Below, in pieces: positions 1-13,494 of a stretch of 64,000 nucleotides of DNA. The position numbers were made by a program, and so were the translations under genes. Origin of the DNA: Oopsacas minuta (lineage: Eukaryota; Animalia; Porifera); contig JAKMXF010000122.1 in assembly GCA_024704765.1 (NCBI GenBank), positions 124,001 to 188,000 of the forward strand, read 5' to 3'. The notes beneath the pieces were generated by a model, which worked only from the letters and a program-made list of their open reading frames with translations, was not told where the DNA came from and did not search any database. The first letter of the stretch is position 1, and every line of letters begins with the position of its first letter.

Positions 1-30
1 CTTTGTGAGTGTACTACATCTATCTTACTA

Positions 31-376
31 CAGTGGATGCCGGTGATAAGACTACCTATTATAAATACTTCATTTATACTGATTTGGATGTCGGAACAAT
101 ATAATGGAATTCTGTTCACATGTTTACTGCTGTTTATGTCAATTCTACAAACTTACTAGTAATATGAACCAATTAGACTATCACTTTAAGTTTGTTCTTA
201 TACCCGGAATAATTTTTGCAATCATTTTTCCATTAACATGTTTTTATATGCGCCATGTTCTTATAACCGGAATGGAATGTTCATATATCCTGTAAAATTC
301 CATGGATTAAATCCAAAGTTTCAGTCAATCAATTTAAGGTTCATATAACTGGTTTTATTATATTCGGAATCTACTG
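31..376. mobile_element. Degenerate pogo/Tigger-like MITE
   Basis: TA|CAGTGGATGCCGG at 29-43 and CGGAATCTACTG|TA at 365-378 form an imperfect terminal inverted pair (about 10/13) flanked by TA; internal TTATA(A/C)CCGGAAT repeats. Confidence 0.45.
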
Positions 377-948
377 TAAAGTCACATGATCATACAAGAA
401 TTACCCTGTGTAATTTTTGATGTTGTTTTCATTAATTTGTGTTTCAATTCTCGGCTGTGTTACTACTAAGCAGTAGCGTAGAACCGTTTCAGTATCGACC
501 CAATATCTAGACTATTTTTTATTATTTGAATGCCAGAAAACTACATTCACTAATATTTTGTTGGAAATGACATGGGTAACTATAGGGCAATAATACAATC
601 AACATCCGGTAACTCAAACATTCGTTTCCTGAACGAATGTTCACTTCCCTTAGTTGTACTCCTAATACTTATCGCATCTATTACTTCGAAAATTCGATTT
701 TTCGAATTGATTTTCAAGGTTCAGGCTTCCATATTAACTCTATAGTATATCAATTTAATTTTGTATATTTCACTTTTGAAAAGATCCCAAAAATGTTATT
801 ATTCGGGTAATTTGAGCTCTTTATCATTTGAAAGGTTGTCGAATGGTATAAAGCGCTCTTCTGATACTACATGACCATAAGAGCCGAGATATTTAATTTG
901 GGTAGATTTCTTAGTAAAACTCTAACGAATTTGTCAATATTCCGGCAC

Positions 949-1244
949 CAGTGGCGTAGCCTGGTATTTTACGGTGGTGCACTGCAGTGGGAGTAGTGGT
1001 GAATTGAATTGGACAACTAAGTAATTATTTGTCACCGAGCTCTACAAATTCATTTATTTTACCGTAGATTGTTTCAAATCTGAAACCATTAAAGATTAAA
1101 TTTATTGTATATGCGGTACCATTTTGCTGTTTTCTCCCTACATTAGTCTAAAAAAGTGGAAATGATCCACACCATACAAGGTGGTGCGTAGGACTTTCTC
1201 TGTGGTGCTGTACACCACCCCGCATCGCCTTGGCTACGCTTCTG
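949..1244. mobile_element. hAT-type MITE (296 bp)
   Basis: TIRs CAGTGGCGTAGCC / GGCTACGCTTCTG; 8-bp TSD TCCGGCAC (941-948) vs TCCAGCAC (1245-1252), 7/8 identical. Confidence 0.7.
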
Positions 1245-4200
1245 TCCAGCACCTTTGGGATTTTTCTTATCTCTATCGATTGATTGACACTATATCTTGT
1301 TCATCATATCTAGTTGTTTTTAGTTACGCATCAACCCTCTAAATTCTTATCTAACACGTTTTTCTGAGCTTCCTCTACTCCACTACGCTGATGCAAATCC
1401 ACATAGTGGTATAAGGAGATTGTTGTATGACCACATTTGAATTATTATAGAAAGTGTACTGTTCAAGTCTTTTCGTCACGATTAAGTTCATCTCTTTATG
1501 TAAATTGTATATTAATCACATAGTTTCTATTATTACATTCTTTTGAATGAGTTGAGTGAGTCTCGTGAATCAATTTCTATTGACGCGAAAGGTTGTATGG
1601 AGCATGGGTTTATCCAGGAATGTATAGTGGTGTATTTTTTATTTCAGGAATCTCCTAAAGTGGGACTTTTTTACATGGTAGAACATTTATCCTGTACCAA
1701 TTTGATTCTCACGTCAGCACTTTGGGTTCTACTTTTCTACTGAACTGGCAATTTAATTTCCCGCCAGAACCTAGATAAACCCCTGGTATGGAGATGCTAT
1801 TAGATCTCTTCTGAAATTTGTATTTGGCAACTTAGAATTTTTTTATACGGACTAATCAGCACAGTTCTCAGTAACTTTATGTTATTACTTATATCTGCTC
1901 TTGTTAGTGTATTTGAACTTTGTAATTATTGTGAATATGCTTATATTTGGCATAGACTCATTTTTCCTTTCCATTTAGAATTCAGATCTCCCAGCGCCTT
2001 CGCCAGCTACAAAAATGTGCGGTCATATGGACATGAACATTTCTTCCTCTCCTAATCAACGTTCAGTTTCTACAAATGATTCAAGTGGAAGCTCGAACTC
2101 TAGTTTTAATTCAAATTCAAGTCAGTTTATGTATTCTACTTGTTCTTCAAATTTTGATACTGCATGCATTGACTGTTCGACTTCATTTGGAAAATTCAGA
2201 CGAAATTCTTGTAATTCCTCTGTCGTTATTCAGAAGATGCAAAATGATTTTTGTTTCAGGCATAATTTGCGTCCGAATTCCATTGCATTTCCGCTTGTTC
2301 AACCAACTTTTTCAACTGTAAACCTTCCTACTTGTGATGATTGTTCTATCCGCCATTCAATTGCTGCTATGCCAAATCACAATAAGGAATATTCTCAAGG
2401 TTCTATTGGTAATACAGATTTATCTATCGCTACTCATTCAAGACACTTTGCTGATAAGTAAGTATTTGCTAATTATCCAATGAACATGAGCATAATTACA
2501 CATCTTTTGTTGTATGCTAGACCAGTGGTACTCAAACTGTGGTCCGTGGTCCAGTACTTTTCTGAGAGCAAATTGCAACCTGTCCACGAGAAATTTTCAT
2601 ATTTGACATGTTATAATTAAAATCCTTAGCCTTAGTCTTCGTGAAACTTAATTAGTACAGTTAACATGGACCATAATTTCTACGATACTTGAGAATTTCC
2701 CTGCATTCAGCCATAAATTAACTAGAAGCACTTATTCTATTTCTATAATTCTATGTATAATTTTATCAATCTGACGAACAATATCCAATGAGTGACAAAG
2801 GCAAACACTGATTTACTAGCAACATTCGCTAGTGTTTCAATTGCATAATGTTATAAATATATAGTAGATTATTTCTTGGATATTATCTATTTTTGGATTC
2901 GTGTAAATTTCTTATGGCCAAACTAATACGAGAACATTTCGGTACATTTCTATCCAAGTATAGGATGAGTGATCCTCCTTTTACAAATGATCGTGACATA
3001 TCGGAATTTGATGAGGATGATGTAATTCAAAAGCATCAAGCAAAAGTCTTTCCTGGGATTCACCAGTAAATAAGACTCTTCTTATATCCTATTCGGTTAT
3101 ATTTCGATATGTAGTGATGGATTTCAAAAGCCTCAGTTTTTGTGAGGTTTGTTTAATGAGGCATTGCAACATTCAAAAGTCAGGAGACATCTACAAACGA
3201 AACAAAAAATCTGATCTCAATTCCGGTAGAGTTTTTCGAAAGAAAAAGCGACAAACTCCAAGGCCGCCATAAACAAATGTATGTTTTATCTCACTCTAAT
3301 TTTCTGCATTATGAGCTTCATACAAGGTATCTCTTTGTATTTCAAAAGCATAGAAACCTTTCATAATTGGCGAATACTTTTTGTAGCATTTATTGGAGAT
3401 GTATGCCAAGAAATTTTGGAAAGGTAACTGTCCGTGTCCAACTCTCAAACGACTCTGTGGCTAGAAGAATCGGCTTATCATGCTGTACATCTGCAAGTTT
3501 TCAACATCTCACCGTCAACCATAGCCTCGATTTAATGACCTTACTACAGGTGTACATACCCAAAGAGTTGAGAGTACATGGGGTGGAGCGGAGAAACGGC
3601 TGAGGAATTTATTGCTACTAATCCTATACTTTTAGATACTTATTTTGAAGTTTGTTGGCTGAAATCATACGGATGAGTTAGTTTCTCCAACCTAATCATG
3701 GAAATTTAGAAGCAATATCCAGTTGTCTAATTGTTGTTTTGATAGTTATCAGTTACCTGTAATTAGCACCATACTCTGCATTTTGGTGTTTCTTTTATGG
3801 CAGTATTTATTTTATAGTAGATTTATAGTTAAAGTACTGTATAGAAGCTTAATACTAATTATTTACTCCAAATAAAACTACTACCCATAGCATTATATCC
3901 TGAGCATTAAAGGAGCGTGCTTCTCTTATGATTCAGGAACTGATGGTGGAGCAGTGCTCCATTTTTGAGAAGCGCACACTAACAATTGAAAAATTTCATC
4001 GTTATTCTGCATATAATTTAGTATTCTTGCCATAAAAGTGTATGCTGGGACACTTTGTAATAATCATAATTCATTTAAATGATTGATGTTGCAATTTTAG
4101 CAATTTTTCCTGAATGTACAATATTTAAATTTATCCTAATTACTTAGGATACAAATCTATGTATTAATCTCAACTGGTATTCGTTTTCCTCTCTCCAGGA

Positions 4201-5539
4201 AAGGATTTACGCTATGCAATTTTGAAATTGTCGCGAAACTATGTATTTATCCGGTTCATCAAGGAAGTAAGTATAATTCATTAAACTATATCGAATATGC
4301 TCAATCCGATTATAACACTTTGATTTATTAAGATTAAGTTAACAAATTTCAAATTCGTAATAGATTCACACTTCCCACAGCTATAATGGGGTAATCAAAT
4401 ACTTTGGGAGACATTAAGTAGGCAGATTTAAAGATTATGGCAGATCATGTTTGCTACGGTTAAGATTATGAGTTTATGTACTCAAGTGTCGTATGGCCCG
4501 AGTGTGGATACGAAGTGTTCGCAACCGTGTTGCGCGAGCAAACGAAGCGAGCTCCATTTTTTCTGGAGCGAGTCCCGGAGTCTAATTTTCTGAGTAAGGA
4601 GCTGAGGTGGAAGCGCAAGCGAGATGCGCTCCAAAAAATGAGGAGCGCTTAATATTCTCATAATGTCCAGGCATGAGGACAAGTGTGAAGGTAGCTGTAT
4701 ATTCGGCCAGCAGTACTTCAAACATTAATTTTACTAACTTACCATGGTCAGAATGTAAATATTTTTGGACCATTCGAAAGAAGAGATACAGACGTTCCTG
4801 AAAAGAATTAAATTTTATTATCATATATTTTCTAATCGAAATTGGTGCACCTAACCAGCAATAATTCACATATGAATTTAGTAAACTTAGACAAATTAAT
4901 TTTTCCTTAAATCATGGGCATCTATTCCTGCTATATTGGCGTTTGTGTGTTTCAAATATTATGTTAAAATATTTAGCAATTTTGAGAAATTTAGGTTTGA
5001 AACTGGTTTGTTTGAATTGATTCTTATTAGATTTTACTAAGTATACAAAATTACTGAAACTGTCTAATCCATTCTAACTATAAACGCTTATAGATTACTG
5101 CAATTTTAGCTTTTTGCTCTCAGTAGACTCATTATATAAATTACTCAATGAGTTATAGAATGAACGAGTAATTTCAATCATGTCATAGCATTTAGTTTCA
5201 AAGTAGATCAAATATGATCAATCTTTGAAATGTTGGTAGAAGTGAATAATCAAATTTTTTGATTATATATCCTTGCATAGTCTTGATTTGTGTAGTGTTA
5301 CGAGTTTATGTATTTTTAGTTGCTGTGTACCTCTCAAGTATCAATCGATAGAGGAGTGTTGGAAGTTTTAGGCAATAGATATATAATTATTTACCTTTTA
5401 CTCACTGTTTTTTGTTCATATTAGGTATGTATACAACTTAATTCGAAATTACTGCTAAAATTCTGAATTTGACTCTGAATTTCCTATCCTATATTTAGGA
5501 GACATTGACGTTAATGTAAATCAAATTTTATTCGAAAAT

Positions 5540-6714
5540 TACTGCCAACTCGCTGAGCTATCAGATGAGCTAAAATGAATAATGCGAATGTATTTTGATG
5601 TGAACAAAGTTTCTCGCAATTTCTCGTATCATTCAGGATATTACACGCATGACAGACTATCTAATAAAACTATTCTATAAATATTTGTTCACCGAAGTTC
5701 AGCGAAACCAAAATATTACCAACATTCCATTCTTCTTGTGGTTACTATGGTATGTCAAGTTAATATGTTTCTATGTTGATCTATGCTAGACTCATCTATT
5801 ATTCACGAGTCCACTTTCATTCTCAAAGCCAGTTAACACGAGTTCGTCAATTTGTGGATTCAAGAAATTCATTAGGGTAGTGACACTTTCAATGTTCTCT
5901 TTTCAAGAGCAATGCGATTGACTTGCTTGAGAATCTAGAATTTGGGTATTGATTTGACCAGATAATATTTCCTTGACAACTTTCAATTCAAGAGGAGAAA
6001 CCAACAACAACAGAAATGTGAACGATAACGAGCTGTTTGAGATCTAAGATTAGACACACTGTGACTTTCCGACCCATCTACTCCATGTTTAACCATAAAA
6101 TTGAGCGAGTATATCAGGAACTCTTCAATAGATTGTATCGAGTGTGTGATGATACGTATGAAGAGGTTTACTGTGTGGTCAATTTAGTTAACTATTACTC
6201 CAATCGGAATTGATAGTAGTGACGGGTAAATTGGAATAGAGGTTTTAGAGTTGTACAAAATCATGTATTTTAGACCCACTGGCTAAAAAAAATATAATAT
6301 CAGATCAATATACTGAATGATGCTGATATCTTCTGAACAAGCTAATTGAGATAACGCGTAGATAATACCTGTACTCTCGAGGCGTACACGTTTAGAATCT
6401 GATTTTTTCAAATCTTATAGGGATTTCTGGTTAGGGATATTCGGAATAACTACCGACAGAGCAGCTGGGGCTGGAGCTTAAGTACTTATAATATAATCCT
6501 GACGCTCAAGAACTATTTGTTCGAGATTATTTTCGGACAGATCGCGATGCATTCCTTCTCTAAGCCGAGTGCACCTCAAATGGAGGTCCTTCACACCTTG
6601 TGAGAATGTTGGTAATTCTGACTCGGTTCCAAGTTTTTCTCCTATTTCTTCTTGCCTTATTGCCATACACTTTAGCATTTCGATGGCACTGTTTGGTATC
6701 CAGAAATATTTCAT
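5540..6714 (-). pseudogene. Transib/RAG1-like DDE transposase relic A (frameshifted, internally deleted)
   Basis: Manual minus-strand translation: KHGVDGSESHS (~6070-6100; first catalytic D motif GxDGSG), NIIWSNQYPNSRFSSKSIALL then KENIESVTTLMNFLNPQI (~5850-5970; W-x-N-x-x-PNS...KE motif), C-terminal IREIAR...SSD (~5550-5630). ORF 6478-6714 is probably the N-terminal part. Confidence 0.55.
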
Positions 6715-7959
6715 TTACTTCATCAAGTATAAGTTACATTTTACAGCTTTGTATGTCATTAATTATGTGAAATAATTTATATACACTAATTTGGTTTTAA
6801 CATGTATATATTTTTGTAGTTGACATAATATCACATTCCTAGAGTGGCGATATATGGCACCATGAATGTTCCCTACGGACCTACTGTGGGTGACCAGGTT
6901 TGGCAAGGCAAGTCCGTTTATTCGAAGTCTAGCTTTGGACTTTGGAATATTTAGTTCTACCTATTTTCCGCTTGAATTCCTTGTATTTTCAGAGTCCTGT
7001 CGATCCGTACATATATAAGGAGTCAACCTAGGATAAATTGCGACAAAAGTGAATCATAATTTTTCTTGTAGTTTAGAGGAAACAAGTTATGGCCCAAAAT
7101 ATTTGTGGTACTTTTAGATTTATCTTAAATGTGCAACCTTTGGCTACATTTTGAAGATATTAACATCGTTTGGTTAGCTATCTATCCTCTAAATGATTTT
7201 ATACAAGATTTTCCATGATCGTCGCCGTGGCCTATTATTTTATTAGTTTTTCACGTCTTTCTTCACTACATAATGTCATTCTCTGTTTTACTGGAAATTA
7301 TTGCGATAATTTCACTTAACCAAGCTGTATGTTAAAACCATAAAGAATTAATTGTTTCACACTGTTAGAATGATTAATTATTGAAATATACCTCGTTCTG
7401 TTGATGAATTATCTAATGTATATTCATTGGGACAGGGACTCACAACAGTTTAAAAGATTGCAAAAAGTTCCCGTGAACTAACATTGGATAAGCCATCATT
7501 ATAACGAGGTTATATATGGAATTTGTCATGGTGTGTAGTTACCAGACCTTTTAATTTAACACATTTTTATTACATACAGATATTTCACTTGTGTAAATAC
7601 AGTGATTTACATCTATTTGGCTATTTATTCAAAGATTATTACAAAACAGACGGTTAATCATGTATATGTAAGAACTATGTGCCAAACTAAATTAAGATAT
7701 TTAGGCCGGGGTGACGATCCCATAAATATTTTTGAAAGGTCATATCGGTGGTTGATATGTATAAAACTAGACTCAGTTAGCCAGACTGCGCTGAAATCTT
7801 CAAGCCCAAGTAAGGGTCAAGTTACGATCTTCGTCAACACGTCAAACTCTTTATGATAATTAATTTGTTTTATCCATGCGATTTTACCAAACTTATAGTA
7901 GTTGATCAATTTACAGGAGAAATAATTCTATGTAGCACTAAATACTTTTCAGACCCTTG

Positions 7960-10300
7960 TCACTATTCGAAAATTTGCGAGAGGGGAGTTCATACTCGAT
8001 AAACTCTACATCTTTAAGTTGCTGAGATTTACTATACACAACTGACAAGACGCACCTCCAGCTCCACCTAATATGCCTTATATTCTTCTATCAAACATTT
8101 CCTTGACTAACCTCTACTCCATTATCTACAAGAAATTTTAGTTCTGCATTGATCAATTTCTTCGTTTACTACTTAGGATATTCAAAAAGTTCTCATCTTT
8201 GTTAAATATCTTGACACTACAACAACTTACTAATCAAATTTCTACATAAAATTTTCGAAATACTCCCCTCTAATCTTTGCATAGTTGGAGCCTTTCAATC
8301 CACTTCGAAAATGTTTTTGTATACTTGTCTCTGTCCACTGAATTGAAGTGTTGGTACTTGTCGGGTATGAAATAGCCGTCCTCCGGGATGTTTTTTCAGT
8401 TCAGGAAATAGCCAGACATCACAAGGCGATAGATTTGAGGTATAGGGAGGATGTTCTATCGTTTCAAACCCGATATCCTCAATAACTTCCGAACGCGTTT
8501 GGAACATGAGATCTGGCATTATCGTGGATCAGTTTGATTCCTCGTGTTCTTGTACTCGGACTTCGCATTTTATAGGCTCTCTCGACTTCTCCCAGACATT
8601 TATCTGCGTAAAATTCTCCTTTGAGTTGTTCTCCTTTAGACACAGGTATTTGAACCACTGGCCCATAGGCATCAAGAAATATGCTGTAGAGAACTTTATA
8701 GCCTCGGCAGTCGGACGTGACTTTTCAGGTGGATAATAACCATTTGTGAGCCAAGATTTGCTTTGTTCCTTACGCAGAGGTTCATAAAATTTAATCCAAC
8801 TTGCGCCACCAGTAACGATTTCATATAATCTTCGAGAATCACAATCTCTTTATTTTATAAGCAATTTTTCGCGCAAGAAACCCTCTTCTCCTCTGCCCCT
8901 TTGTGACGATTTTTGGTATCCATCGCGCTGAAATCTTTTGATATTCGAGTAATCGTGTAGAATTGTATGAACACTTCGCGACGAGAGATCTTGGATTAGG
9001 GCAATCTCTTCAACACTCAAATGGGGGTCAGTATCCAATAGTTCCAGAATTTGAGAGGCAATTTCAGGGGTTGTAGCGGAAATTGGTCTTCCGGTCCAAG
9101 GGACATCCTCAATGCTGTCCCTACCGTCCTTTAATTTACGTTCTCATTCCAGTATAATGGGGATACGCTAGAGCTTCCCTATGATAAACGGTACCGAGAA
9201 CCTCATGTATCCAGAGTGGTTTGTCGCCGAGTACGGTACGAATCTTTGTGTAAGCTCGTTGTTCGGTTTTGCTTGATATGTGTTTTGAAGTCACGAAAAG
9301 TTGACTCTCCAATAGGTAAAATTAAAAGTAGGATAGATCAAGATATATAATTGCTAGAGTGAATTCGTCAACAGCATTAAATAGGTAATCGATAGGACTA
9401 TTAGGATATAGTATGCATCTCCTGTAATTGAGTAGAGTTTGCTGCTATAAACTAAAGACATTTGAATGCCCCAGTACTTAACATTCTCCATATTTCCTTA
9501 TGCGAAATTCATGCAACTGGGTGGATAACAAAGGGCAAATTTGTAGATTAATTTTCAAAATTTCGGTTCCTGGTTTATCTACAAGTGTTTGAACTTTCAA
9601 CGCAAAGTCACAAATAATTTTGTTGCAAGATTTAGACTGTATCTGATTGTATACCCTATGACTCCTGAACTATCGAGGCTATCGGTTAGCTGAATGGTAA
9701 TTAGAAATTGAGATTCTTCCAAGGGAAGAAGCAATTGTATGGGTCGTTCAGCTGTTTGGGTACCAACTTTGAATATGGTATGCCTGAGCCCTTTGATTTT
9801 CCCAGTTCATTATGGATTACCTTGATCTCGTTGGCAGAGTAAATTTCATTCTTGCGTGCTGCTACACTCTCGTAACCTCGAAACCTTAGCTATTCAGCTT
9901 GCAAATACGATATAAATCTGTGTATTTTCGTTTTCCGAATTCAAGTGAATCCAAAATAAATTCTGCTTTTGCTAAAGGCAACAATGGATTTGTTACAAGT
10001 ATTTCCACATATACTTCGCGACAAAATATCGCTGCGTTCCTGCCATAAACTTCGTCACTAATCAACTGGAATGCACTAGCTGCAATTGTTTTCTGGCCTG
10101 TATTTTCCGTATTAGCTAGGAAAGATATGTGCTCAAATAGTACAGACAGGCGTGATCTTACTGAAAGAGAAGTAGCTCTAATATAGCCTTCTTGTTTTGA
10201 TTTCAACAGATTCGTCGAAACTAGCATAATCAAATTCATAAGACTTCAGTTTTTTAGAAATTCAATATACTTTCTCCTGAACCACATGCCCTCCCAAACA
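7960..10300 (-). pseudogene. Transib/RAG1-like DDE transposase relic B, split by a mariner insertion
   Basis: ORF 9886-10239 ends FILDSLEFGKRKYTDL; then DSLDSSG(S)HRVYNQ (~9640-9690) and P...HPVA...KENMENVK (~9477-9530); on the other side of the mariner, MFDRRI*GILGGAGGASCQLC (~8035-8100), the second catalytic D followed by the CxxC motif of Transib/RAG1. Confidence 0.6.
8172..9474 (-). mobile_element. Decayed DD34D mariner (~1.3 kb)
   Basis: Minus-strand motifs SARWIPK, IVTGGASWI, HDNARSH and PPYTSNLSPCDVWLFP (ORFs 8850-9038, 8295-8519); degenerate TIRs flanked by TA at 8170-71 and 9475-76. Confidence 0.85.
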
Positions 10301-13300
10301 ATAAGATTATTTCGCTTCACAAATGTCCGGCGCATACCAGCGAGTTCAAGGAAGTTATGATCATAACCACGAAGTCAAATTCTGACCGATCAAATAATTT
10401 AAGGATTTCACGAGATGCCTTTTTATAATTCTTGTCAAATTTTGAGGATATTCTTGCTCCCAGATTGTTCTTCATGAGGCTACAATTTTATAGAATTATT
10501 ACAAATTTAATTTCAATAGAACAAATTTCTTAATTATGCTCTAATAATAGAGAATATATGTCCTAGCTAGGCGTATTGCACAAGTGGTTACAGTAATGAC
10601 AATTCTATATCTATCTAATTCAAATTAATACCTAATTGTGGTTTATTATTCATTACATTCAGGTTATATTATTTCCAAGAACATTGTTACATACTTAAGT
10701 GTCTAATACTTGCCACATATCCACTAATTCAAATGAAGCTATAACCAAAATCTATTTATTCCAATTACAATGCCACATTCAGAAGATAATATATCTGAAG
10801 ACCGATAAGTGTATATTTATATACATCAATATTCTAAAGATTTGGATAGTGCATGAATATGATATTCGTTTTTGGAAATAACTTTATCTATGGCATTAGA
10901 CGATTCTAAATTAAAGGATCTGCGTTCCCCGTTCCGATTCTAAATTCTAAAGTATCTATGATATGATAACGATCCAATTTACGATCCTCTAATTGATCCA
11001 TTTTCGAAATACAGTCGAATAGTTGGAATACTATGGCTGGACCTTTCCACTATAAGTTATGATATAAATATCTATCTACTCACCATGGGGTTAATTTCCA
11101 CCTTATATAGTGCCACTTTTATAAATTTAATTAATATACGTACTTACTATGATGCCAGCCCCTGAAAAATTGTTCATTAAATACTTATCCGAACTTCTCT
11201 AAAAAATGTGAAGAGACACTGATATAGTATACAGGGCTAGCTTTTTACACTAATCTATGAAAAATCTGTCTAGACAAGTCGAAGTACCTGTTACGAGATA
11301 TTTGAGCATGGAATGTTGTCTATAGATAAGTCACGAATTTTGCCGGCACAGTTTTGTGGACCAAAATTGGTCCTGGAACACTTTTGATTCGGTTCAATTT
11401 CAGCGTGACAGTCATAACAGATTGTAATTTATGAGTCATAATCCTTCAAACCTTCGAACAACTAAATATTGAATATTTAACAAGCGAATAGGCTAAGAGA
11501 GTTGAAATGCGCAAGTGAGGTATGGAAATTCATTTATTGTTTTAGACAGCCTATACTTATAAGAATATTACTAAATATTGAATTTAACTATCTTCGTAAT
11601 TATAGTATACCCCCCTGCCCCACTTTTTCGAATGGATATCTGCGATTGGAACATATGTACATCTTACATTATTTATCATTTGAGAATCCAAAAGTTAGAA
11701 CAATTGATAAGTGGGAGAAACAGGTTTCGACTGTGTGTTTTTATTCTATTCGCCCTTTGGATTGTGAATCATTAAGCTAATTTAATACAAATATAGAAGT
11801 ATAGGTTGAATTGAGAGTTTTGAGTTAATAATTACATGTGCAGGGGATTCAGTCTTAAGTTGACAATATAGCACTATCACTTGTATATTTGGATGGATCG
11901 GAATCTTTTCAGAAAATCATCAATCCTATCGCAATCACTATCCTACTATTTCATCGGATCGACGATCCTCCCCCGGTCCTCTAAAATGATCTAGTTCTGG
12001 ATCGTAATATCTTTGATCGATAGATCCTAATCCCTTAATAGTAGGATATGATAACAGTGTATCATCCAGACATTTAGGCAAGGGAGGCAAAGTAGAGTTT
12101 GGGAATGTGAATCTTAATAACTTCAATTATGATCAATGTATTTTTCAAATCTCAAGAGGGAGCAAATGCCCTCCCCACCCCCCCAATGAAACCTTGGGTA
12201 AAATAGATGAATATTGATCAAATTTTGATAAATATCATTAAATATAGATGAATATTGATGAAAAAATGGATCAATTTCTCGATAGCGGAAATCGATTGGA
12301 TTAAGGAATACATGGATTGCTCAAAATATGTTAGAATGGATTGGATTAGATTGCATTGGCTTCCCAAATTACAAAGTCAAACTATATGAATAGTCTAGTA
12401 TAATGGTTCTCAAACTTTTTCATACTGTGGACCAGCAGTCTCTTTGTCAAAATTTGACGGACAGCGATTATGTTCCCACTATTTCAACCATTGTACAAAT
12501 ATACATTGAATTTCATGCAATTATATTTAACATTTCTGAATTCTAATTAATATGAACTGTGTGGCTCCCTCGAGTTTACTAGGTTTTACAAAATTGAAGT
12601 TACATTTCAAGGATAGTTATATACTTTATATATAGCCAGAAATATGTAATATGCATAGGTATACTACCATATGCCTACAGTTAATCACAGAATAAATATT
12701 TGAATTTTAACAGATGTGTACAAGATAGCGAAATGTGAAACTCGCACCGGAAACAAATCTGAAAATTGAAATGATGATAAGTTCCAGAATTAATATTTTC
12801 CTCATGATAAAATTTGGTAAATTTTGAAGAAATATGCATAATAACTTAGAGCATAATTAAATTTATAGTATCACGGAGTTGTCCTCAATAGAAAATTCGG
12901 ATATTGTCCTGTTATAACCTGCCAAAGATAAGGCCTGATCACTACTATTGACAATAAGTAAAAAGAAATTGATATATTTTGATGGGCAATTCGATAATCT
13001 GAAAATGGTATATTTTTACCCGAATATAAGTATTATTGATGTAACAATTCACCAAAACCACATCACTGAGAGTTTTCAGGTCTAAATGACGTCATCTTTT
13101 GGCTCAATTGGCAAATATGTTTTGAATGATGCTCAATCTTTGAAATCATGTAGACCATCATCCATTGAGCGAGTTCAAAATGTAGAAGTACCAAATGATC
13201 TAAAACCTTTTCTGTGTAAATATACAAAATGTCCTAATTTAGTGCGCACATTTCTGAGTTATCACAGATCATGGATCGTACATGTTTTGGTGATATCCTC

Positions 13301-13494
13301 TTAGAATTCAGAATTTATCGTTACAAGTATCGTTAATTCAGGATAGCGAATCAATTGTTTACACTCGACTTTCCATACCCTTATTATGCCTTATGATAGC
13401 TCTTACTTATTTGCCGTAATCGTGAATATGGCCATATATCGTCATTTTCAACATTGTACATTAATTTTCAGACATAACATATCAAAAAGAATTA

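Noticed and set aside
2522-2660. hAT-like end CAGTGGTACTCAAACTGTGGTCC (similar at ~12404)
   Set aside because: No partner TIR or TSD found, so the boundaries cannot be supported.
10900-12360. Clusters of GATC/GGATT motifs that looked like a repeat array
   Set aside because: No constant repeat length or repeat-spacer structure, so not CRISPR; probably decayed MITE subterminal repeats.
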